Positions 8,481 to 15,134 of a stretch of 15,134 bases of DNA are shown here, piece after piece. The notes under the pieces are model-generated. The model saw only the letters and a program-made list of their open reading frames with translations, was not told the DNA's origin and made no database searches. Position 1 is the stretch's first letter. Each line of letters starts with the position of its first letter. Origin of the DNA: Deltaproteobacteria bacterium (lineage in GTDB: Bacteria > Myxococcota_A > UBA9160 > SMWR01). The stretch is from positions 1 through 15,134 of the forward strand of contig JAQBGU010000149.1 of the NCBI GenBank assembly GCA_032128375.1. Reading direction: 5' to 3'. A program made the position numbers and the translations under genes.

Positions 8481-8731
8481 ATGGCACAGATCGCTCATCG
8501 CGTGCGGATCCGCGCGTCACTTCTTTCATTGCTCCCCGGTCACCGTGTCGAAACCGAGATGTACTCCTACGCGACGGGCTTGCGGCGTGCCGAGTTGGCA
8601 GAAGAGCTGGGCTTCTACTGCTTGTGGATCGCCGAGCATCACGTTCGAACTGTGAGTTGCATTCTCAATCCTGCGGTGTTTCTCGCCGCGGCCCGTGTTC
8701 TTCGTCGCTGGGGTCGCGTGGGTTGGAGCGG
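8481..8731 (+). pseudogene. N-terminal remnant of an LLM-class (luciferase-like) flavin-dependent monooxygenase
   Basis: AELAEELGFYCLWIAEHH....NPAVFLAAA is the LLM N-terminal motif. Similarity ends at ~8692, just before repeat copy 2. GGAGG RBS upstream. Confidence 0.75.
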
Positions 8732-8817
8732 CCCGGATCGGGAGACTGGCCTCCCCCTCGCAGCGATCCTCCATACCGAGACTGGTCACGAATCCCCGTC
8801 TTGTTTTCCCTACCCCC
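8732..8817 (+). repeat. 86-bp direct repeat, copy 2 (isolated oriIS-like end, no transposase)
   Basis: Identical to 1199-1284 (offset 7533). Confidence 0.97.
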
Positions 8818-9330
8818 TTCCCCGCGCAGTTCATGCTCCTGGCCGCGATGAACCCCAGGCCCGACGGCAAGATGCCGCATGAGTCCAAGAACTCGCCGCG
8901 CGAAATCCAGTCCTATCTCAACCGCGTGTCCGGGCCGCTGCTCGACCGCATCGACATCCACATCGAGGTGCCGGCGGTGAAGTTCCGCGAAATGAGCGCG
9001 GCGAAGCTAGGCGAACCCTCGGCGGCGATCCGCGAGCGGGTGGTGGCCGCGCGCCGACGCCAGCACGCGCGGTTCCACGGCAAACCGAACGTGACGTGCA
9101 ACGCGCGCATGGGCACGCGCGAGTTGAAGGAGCATTGCGCCCTCGACGAGCCGGTGAGCGAACTGTTGAAGCTGGCGATGGAGCAATACTCGCTCAGCGC
9201 CCGCGCCTACGACCGCATCCTCAAGGTCGCGCGCACCATCGCGGACCTGGCCGCGATCGAACGCATCACCGCCGAGCACATCAGCGAGGCGATCCAATAC
9301 AGGACGCTGGACCGGTAGTTGTGGGGGTGA
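8818..9330 (+). pseudogene. comM: 3' part of comM/yifB (Mg-chelatase-like AAA+ ATPase), interrupted at its 5' side
   Basis: FPAQFMLLAAMNP, SGPLLDRIDIHIEVP, LSARAYDRILKVARTIADL and HISEAIQYRTLDR. Begins immediately after the repeat, with no Walker A region. A TAG at 9316-9318 is followed by LWG*. Confidence 0.9.
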
Positions 9331-9550
9331 GAAGAATTGGGACTATCCCAAAGCGATCACAAGCATGGCGCTCAATAGCATGAGGTGTTGATCGCGAAGC
9401 GGAGGTCTGTTCGGCGTACTTGCCGAAGAGGGGGAAACACCTCAGTGTCTTCGCATGCACCGAGGCTGATGCTGCCGCATAGGACCGCGCTCTCAGCAAG
9501 TTCGGCGATAGGTTCCACGTGTGCAGAGAAGGCAAGCTGCCATCAGATCC

Positions 9551-11233
9551 ATGAACACCGTGATTGATTCCGCCGTCATCGAGACACTACTCTATCACGA
9601 GGAGACCAAGCATCATTTCCATCGCTATGCGGGGTCCGCCGGATTTCTGGATTGGGCCAATCAGCCGAATCCATTCCGTTGCTATGAAGGAGTGACACCG
9701 GTCAGGCTTCCGTTGCTGCAAAAAGACCCGGCGAGCGGTCACCTGGCGTTATACGAAAGGAGCCGCAACGCCTTCCAGGATCTTACCCGCGAAACCATCG
9801 GCGCCTTTCTTGAGTTGTCGCTCGGGCTTTCGGCGTGGAAGTCCATCCCTGGAAACACGTGGGCTTTGCGGATGAATCCTTCCAGCGGCAATCTCCATCC
9901 GACGGAAGCCCACCTGATTCTGCCGACGCTGCCCGGAGTCAGTGCGGGTGTCTTCCATTACAACTCCTACCTGCATGCTCTGGAGCCCAGAGCCGAAGTG
10001 CCAGAAAATCTATGGCGGCAAATCAATGAACATCTTCACACGGATGGATTCCTCGTCGCTTTGACCAGCATCTTTTGGCGGGAAGCATGGAAATATGGCG
10101 AACGGGCTTTTCGCTACTGCCAGCACGACGTTGGACATGCCTTGGCGGCTCTCAGCTTCTCCGCCAATCTGCTCGGTTGGAAAGTCACCTGGCTGAACGC
10201 GGTGTCAGACGAGGAGATTGCGAGCTTGTTGGGCTTCGATCATACCCAGTGGCCAGCGTTCGAGTTGGAGCGTCCCGAGCTGTTGTGTTTCGTCCACCGC
10301 AGCGGGGCGCCGCAGGTTCCGCGAGATTTACCGTCGGAAATTGTATCAGCGTTATCCGAGATGGAGTTCCACGGAATGCCAAATCAATTGAGCGAGGAGC
10401 ATGTGGATTGGGAGATCATTTCGCGCGTGGCGGAGGCGACGGTAAATCCCCAGTCCGGGGAAGCGGCGTTCACTTCCCCCGACCGTCCAGGTCAGCCCGA
10501 TACGATGCGCCCGTTTTACCTGCCGACCGCTGAATCCAGCATCCCTGCCGCACAAATCATTCGCCAGAGAAGAAGCGCCGTGGCCTTCGATGGAGTCACC
10601 AGCGTCACCAAAGATCAATTCTGCACGATGCTCGCCAAAACGATTCCCCGCGAAGGCTGCGCACCGTTCGATCTCGGACTGACCGTGCCTTGCGTGCATT
10701 TGCTTCTGTTCGTCCACCGCGTCACGGGATTGGAGCCGGGCTTGTATTTCTTGCTGCGAGCGGAACGGGATTTGCCTGCCTTACAACAAAAGTGCCATCG
10801 CCATTTCCTCTGGCGTCCGGTAGAGGAATCACTTCCGCTGTATTTGCTCCAGGCCGGAGATTTCCAGAGCACCGCCACGTCGGTAAGCTGCGGTCAGTCC
10901 ATTGCCGGCGACAGCGCTTTCTCTTTGGGCATGATCGCGCGGTTTCGAGATGAAGTTGAGACTTCTCCTTGCCGCTATCGCCATTTGTTTTGGGAGACCG
11001 GCATGATCGGGCAGGTCCTCTACCTGGAAGCCGAAGCCCAGGGCGTGAGAGCAACCGGCATCGGCTGTTTCTTCGACGATCGCGTGCATGAATTGATGGG
11101 CCTCCCGGACGACGCCTTCCAAAGCCTTTACCATTTCACCGTCGGCGGCCCTCGCGAAGACACGCGGCTGGCGACCCGCGCCGCCTACCACCACTTGGAA
11201 GCACCGGCCAGCCAACCTGGCAACATCGATTAA
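9551..11233 (+). CDS. SagB/ThcOx-family double-domain nitroreductase-like oxidoreductase
   Basis: YHEETKH..RYA...GFLDWANQPNPFR, LRMNPSSGNLHPTE, WREAWKYGERAFRYCQHDVGHA, IIRQRRSA and LYLEAEA.G.RATGIGCFFDD. The ATG at 9551 is the likely start. Confidence 0.9.
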   Translation: MNTVIDSAVIETLLYHEETKHHFHRYAGSAGFLDWANQPNPFRCYEGVTPVRLPLLQKDPASGHLALYERSRNAFQDLTRETIGAFLELSLGLSAWKSIPGNTWALRMNPSSGNLHPTEAHLILPTLPGVSAGVFHYNSYLHALEPRAEVPENLWRQINEHLHTDGFLVALTSIFWREAWKYGERAFRYCQHDVGHALAALSFSANLLGWKVTWLNAVSDEEIASLLGFDHTQWPAFELERPELLCFVHRSGAPQVPRDLPSEIVSALSEMEFHGMPNQLSEEHVDWEIISRVAEATVNPQSGEAAFTSPDRPGQPDTMRPFYLPTAESSIPAAQIIRQRRSAVAFDGVTSVTKDQFCTMLAKTIPREGCAPFDLGLTVPCVHLLLFVHRVTGLEPGLYFLLRAERDLPALQQKCHRHFLWRPVEESLPLYLLQAGDFQSTATSVSCGQSIAGDSAFSLGMIARFRDEVETSPCRYRHLFWETGMIGQVLYLEAEAQGVRATGIGCFFDDRVHELMGLPDDAFQSLYHFTVGGPREDTRLATRAAYHHLEAPASQPGNID

Positions 11234-11304
11234 ACTCTCGACCCGGATGCGGCCGGCATGCGTCGCCGCTTCTACCGCGCCGTCGAACCATGGGCCCAGG
11301 CCAA

Positions 11305-12690
11305 TCACGGCCGCGTCATCCGCTCCGGGATGATCGCCTGGTCGAATTCTTCTCCCGAGAGCAGCCCGAGTTTGAGCGTGGCTTCGCGCAGGCTCGTGCC
11401 TTCCTGGTGCGCGGTCTTGGCGATCTTCGCCGAGTTGTCGTAACCGATCTTCGGGTTCAGCGCCGTCACCAGCATCAGGCAATTCTTCACGTAAGCCTCG
11501 ATGCGCTCGCGGTTCGCCTCGAGGCCTGCCACGCAATGGACAGCGAACGAGCGGCTGGCGTCGGCCAGCAGCCGCACGGAATTGAGGAAGTTGAAAATCA
11601 TGACCGGCTTGAAGACGTTCAACTCGAAGTTGCCCTGCGAACCGGCGAAGCCGATGGCGGTGTCGTTGCCCATCACCTGCGCGCAAACCATCGTCAGCGC
11701 CTCGCACTGCGTCGGGTTCACCTTGCCCGGCATGATGGAGGAACCGGGTTCGTTCTCCGGCAGCGTCAGCTCGCCCAAGCCGCAGCGCGGGCCGGAGCCA
11801 AGCCAGCGGAGGTCATTGGCGATCTTCATGAGCGACGCGGCCAGCGTCTTGAGCGCGCCACTGCCCATCACGAGTTCGTCATGCGCGGACAGTGCGGCGA
11901 ACTTGTTCGGGTGCGAGGTGAACGGCTGGCGGGTCAAGTCGGCGATCTTCTGCGCGGCGCGTTCCGCGAATTCCGGGTGCGCATTCAAGCCCGTGCCGAC
12001 CGCGGTGCCGCCGATGGCCAGCGCGCGCAGTCCGGGCAGCACGTAGCGCAGGCGATCCATGTCCGCGTCGAGCAGCGAGACGTAGCCGGAGAATTCCTGC
12101 CCGAGTGTGAGTGGCGTGGCGTCCTGCAAATGGGTGCGGCCGATCTTCACGATGTCCGCGAACTCGGCGCGTTTGGCCTCGAGAGCGTCGCGCAGATGCT
12201 GGACCTGCGGCAGGAGCGTCTGCTCCAGTTCCGTCGCCGCCGCGATGGACATGGCGGTGGGGAACGTGTCGTTGGACGACTGCGACAGGTTCACGTCATC
12301 GTTGGGATGGACGGGTGTCTTGCTGCCCATTTGGCCGCCGGCGATCTCGATGGCGCGATTGGAGATCACTTCGTTGGCGTTCATGTTCGTCTGCGTGCCG
12401 CTGCCCGTCTGCCAGATGCGGAGCGGGAAATGGTCGTCGAGTTTCCCGGAAACGACTTCGTCGGCGGCCTGCGTGATGAGCCGGCACTTCTCCTCGGAGA
12501 GCGTGCCGAGGTCGCGGTTCACGAACGCGGCGGCCTTCTTGAGAATGCCGAGCGCGCGGATGAGTTCGCGCGGCATCACGTCGCGGCCGATGTCGAAATG
12601 GATGAGGGAACGGGCGGTCTGCGCGCCGTAGTAGCGGTCAACGGGCACCTCAATGGAGCCCAGGCTGTCGGTTTCAGTGCGAGAGTTCAT
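11305..12690 (-). CDS. fumC: Class II fumarate hydratase
   Basis: [45 protein letters not shown] and signature [15 protein letters not shown]. Confidence 0.97.
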   Translation of the reverse strand: MNSRTETDSLGSIEVPVDRYYGAQTARSLIHFDIGRDVMPRELIRALGILKKAAAFVNRDLGTLSEEKCRLITQAADEVVSGKLDDHFPLRIWQTGSGTQTNMNANEVISNRAIEIAGGQMGSKTPVHPNDDVNLSQSSNDTFPTAMSIAAATELEQTLLPQVQHLRDALEAKRAEFADIVKIGRTHLQDATPLTLGQEFSGYVSLLDADMDRLRYVLPGLRALAIGGTAVGTGLNAHPEFAERAAQKIADLTRQPFTSHPNKFAALSAHDELVMGSGALKTLAASLMKIANDLRWLGSGPRCGLGELTLPENEPGSSIMPGKVNPTQCEALTMVCAQVMGNDTAIGFAGSQGNFELNVFKPVMIFNFLNSVRLLADASRSFAVHCVAGLEANRERIEAYVKNCLMLVTALNPKIGYDNSAKIAKTAHQEGTSLREATLKLGLLSGEEFDQAIIPERMTRP

Positions 12691-12694
12691 ATTG

Positions 12695-13798
12695 TCAGCC
12701 GCCGATATAGGACATTTCAATTTTCTTCGTCCGCGAAGTCGCGGCGGTGCGAATTTCCGAATAGCGGTCTTCGCGCTGATTCCAGATCAACCCGATGGCA
12801 CCGGCAATTTGCCCGTCGCTCTTGCCCGAACGCATGAGTGCGCGTAAATCATGGCCGGACTGCGCGAACAGGCACGTATACAGCTGGCCATCGGTCGAGA
12901 GCCGGGCGCGTGTGCAGGTGGAACAAAAGGCTTGCGTCACGCTGGAGATGACGCCGATTTCGCCGCTGCCATCCGCATAGGCCCAGCGCTCGGCGACTTC
13001 GCCGGGGTAGTTGGGTTCGGCTGCGATGAGCGGCAACACGGCGCTGATCCGGCGCACGATCTCGGCCGAGGGCACGACCTCGTTCATGTGCCAGCCGTTG
13101 GAGGAGCCCACGTCCATGAATTCGATGAAGCGCACGATGTGGCCGCTGCCCTTGAAGCGCCGCGCCATCGCCACGATGTCCTGATCGTTGACGCCTTTTC
13201 TTACCACCATGTTGATCTTGATGGGCGCAAAGCCCGCGTCGTGCGCCGCGTCGATGCCTTGCAACACATCGGCTACGGCAAAATCGACGTCGTTCATGGC
13301 GCGGAAGACCGCTTCATCGAGCGAATCGAGCGAGACGGTCACGCGCTGGAGGCCGGCGGCCTTGAGCGACTTTGCTTTCCTGGACAACAGCGAGGCGTTG
13401 GTGGTGAGGGTCAGATCCAATGGTTGGCCGTCAGGCGTCTTGAGGACAGCTAGCACCTCGATCAAAACCTCAAGGTTTTTGCGCAGCAGTGGCTCGCCTC
13501 CGGTGAGGCGGATTTTCTCGACGCCGCAGGCGACGAACAGGCGCGTCAGGCGGCTGATTTCCTCGAAGCTCAACAGTTCGGTTTTAGGTAGGAATTTGTA
13601 TTCCTTGCCGAAGACCGACTTGGGCATGCAGTAGGTGCAGCGGAAATTGCAACGGTCGGTCACGGAAATGCGCAGGTCGCGCAAGAGCCGGCCGCGCGTG
13701 TCCGCCCGGGTGCCGCCGGTGCCGGGCGCGGGCGCCGGAATGACCGGCCCGCGGCTGGCGGCGCGTTGCTCAACGATTGGAATTACCTTGGCCGTCAC
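12695..13798 (-). CDS. moaA: GTP 3',8-cyclase (molybdenum cofactor biosynthesis radical SAM enzyme)
   Basis: [18 protein letters not shown] (CxxxCxxC), [27 protein letters not shown] and C-terminal MSYIGG. The start is either GTG 13798 or ATG 13843. Confidence 0.96.
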   Translation of the reverse strand: MTAKVIPIVEQRAASRGPVIPAPAPGTGGTRADTRGRLLRDLRISVTDRCNFRCTYCMPKSVFGKEYKFLPKTELLSFEEISRLTRLFVACGVEKIRLTGGEPLLRKNLEVLIEVLAVLKTPDGQPLDLTLTTNASLLSRKAKSLKAAGLQRVTVSLDSLDEAVFRAMNDVDFAVADVLQGIDAAHDAGFAPIKINMVVRKGVNDQDIVAMARRFKGSGHIVRFIEFMDVGSSNGWHMNEVVPSAEIVRRISAVLPLIAAEPNYPGEVAERWAYADGSGEIGVISSVTQAFCSTCTRARLSTDGQLYTCLFAQSGHDLRALMRSGKSDGQIAGAIGLIWNQREDRYSEIRTAATSRTKKIEMSYIGG

Positions 13799-13861
13799 GA
13801 AGGGTTGCCTTGCGGCGTTGTTTGACTGCGATGATGAGGGCATTTTTATATTTGGATCGGC

Positions 13862-15133
13862 TCAAACCCTTTTCTGCCGAACCAGATTGATCAGGCTGCC
13901 CGCCAGCACCATTTCCACCTGGCGCGGCGTCATCGGGTGCTCGGTCTCATAGGTCTCGTTCTTGGTCAGATTGATCACCCTCACCCGATTTCCTTTGCGG
14001 ATGGTATTTCGCGCATCCGGAATGGAAAGCACATCGCCTTGAGCGATCTTTTCCCAATCATCGGGATTGATAAAGGTCAGGGGCAGGATGCCGAAGTTGC
14101 TCAAATTTTGCAGATGTATCCTGGCAAAACTTTTTGCAATCACCGCCTTAAGGCCCAAATAGCGTGGTGCCAGGACTGCGTGCTCGCGGCTCGAACCCTG
14201 CCCGTAATTGGCGCCGCCCACGACGAACGAGCCCTGCTGCTGACAAGCCATGGCTCGGGCGTAGTAGGTCTCGTCGATCTGGCTGAAAGTAAATTTGCTG
14301 AGTTCCGGGATATTGCTGCGGTAAGGCAGTGCCTTGGCCCCGGCCGGCATGATTCCGTCCGTGGAAATGTCGTCCGCCATTTTTAATAAAACCGGCCCTT
14401 CGAGCTGCTCAGGCAGTGGCGCCAAGGTCGGCAGCGGTTTGATATTGGGGCCTTTCTCCAACGCATATAGCCCACCTTCCGATGCGGGAGGAACCAACAT
14501 CCCGGTATTGAGGCGGTTGGTCTCCGGCTCCTGAAAGCGCGGATAGGCCATGCTCAGCGTGCGCGGATCGGTGATCACGCCGGTCAAGGCCGAGGCGGCG
14601 GCGGTTTCCGGACTGCACAGATAAACCTGATCTTCCTTGGTGCCCGAGCGGCCGGGAAAATTCCGGGGAACGGTGCGCAGGCTAATGCGCCCGCTGGCCG
14701 GCGCCTGGCCCATGCCGATACAGCCGCCGCAACCCGCCTGGTGCAGCCGCGCTCCCGCACGGATGAGCTTTTCGAGAACGTCCAATGCGATCATGTTCTC
14801 CAAAATCTGCCGGGAGGTGGGATTGACGTCGAAGGAAACGCGGTCATGCACCTGTTGGCCGTCCACGATGAGGGCGGCGATGGCAAAGTCTCGCAGCCCC
14901 GGGTTGGCCGATGATCCGATGTAGGACTGATAAATTTCCCGGCCTGCCACCTCGCGCACCGGCACCACCTTGCCCGGACTGCTGGGCAGCGCGATCAGCG
15001 GCTCAAGCGCCGACAGGTTGATTTCTGTGTGTTCGTCGTATTCCGCATTTTCGTCGGCGAGGATTTCCCGCCAGGCATCGCGGCGACCTTGACTCTGCAG
15101 GAACACCTTGACCGCCTCGTCCGATGGAAAAAC
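13862..15133 (-). CDS. Aconitate hydratase family protein (short type), 5' end outside the window
   Basis: VFPSDE, AGCGGCIGMGQAP, RTVPRNFPGRSG, YLCSPETAAASALTG, DDISTD.IMPAG, NYGQGSSREHA and AKSFARIH..NL.NFGILPL. The frame is open to the window edge. Confidence 0.92.
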   Translation of the reverse strand, partial: VFPSDEAVKVFLQSQGRRDAWREILADENAEYDEHTEINLSALEPLIALPSSPGKVVPVREVAGREIYQSYIGSSANPGLRDFAIAALIVDGQQVHDRVSFDVNPTSRQILENMIALDVLEKLIRAGARLHQAGCGGCIGMGQAPASGRISLRTVPRNFPGRSGTKEDQVYLCSPETAAASALTGVITDPRTLSMAYPRFQEPETNRLNTGMLVPPASEGGLYALEKGPNIKPLPTLAPLPEQLEGPVLLKMADDISTDGIMPAGAKALPYRSNIPELSKFTFSQIDETYYARAMACQQQGSFVVGGANYGQGSSREHAVLAPRYLGLKAVIAKSFARIHLQNLSNFGILPLTFINPDDWEKIAQGDVLSIPDARNTIRKGNRVRVINLTKNETYETEHPMTPRQVEMVLAGSLINLVRQKRV

Positions 15134-15134
15134 C

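Noticed and set aside
1454..8731. Integron cassette array
   Set aside because: The gene content is cassette-like, but there are no paired RYYYAAC...GTTRRRY attC structures. Isolated CTCTAAC (2638) and GTTAGGT (~3325) have no partners at suitable spacing, and no intI is present.
8695..8817. N-terminus of a 207-aa ComM, and C-terminus of the 133-aa ORF at 8481
   Set aside because: Both are read-through of the non-coding 86-bp repeat; the same peptides appear in ORFs over copy 1.
9316..9482. Stop-codon (TAG) recoding
   Set aside because: The two suspicious TAGs would need different amino acids (Gln, Tyr), and several intact genes end normally in TAG.
9551..11233. RiPP (azole) biosynthetic cluster around the SagB-like gene
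   Set aside because: No YcaO cyclodehydratase, precursor peptide or transporter nearby; stand-alone members of this family are common.
11290..12837. 515-aa plus-strand ORF
   Set aside because: Antisense shadow of high-GC fumC, with no recognisable motifs.
1..15134. CRISPR array, tRNA or rRNA
   Set aside because: No regularly spaced repeats and no recognisable structural RNA motifs were seen.

Overview
Mosaic, decaying accessory region followed by metabolic genes. Left end: the N-terminal stub of a RIT-type tyrosine recombinase gene is fused at ~190 to the 3' half of an IS91/ISCR-family rolling-circle transposase gene. That gene is followed by an oriIS-like end. The last 86 bp of this end (1199-1284) recur identically at 8732-8817. 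The two copies bracket about 7.45 kb of tightly packed small genes and gene fragments: truncated haemoglobin, OsmC fragment, GGCT, methyltransferase fragment, VOC, GDT1-like, two DUF4336, Tat-signal DUF362, GNAT, DUF4019, a membrane protein and an LLM fragment. The second copy is joined directly to the 3' part of a broken comM/yifB gene. Right part: a SagB-type double nitroreductase gene converges on a minus-strand run of aconitase (partial), moaA and fumC. The best candidate for a novel system is an oriIS-delimited, transposase-less cargo unit inserted in comM, suggesting ISCR/Helitron-like gene and fragment capture. A misassembly at the 86-bp repeat cannot be excluded. All family calls come from motif recognition by eye; no database searches were run.
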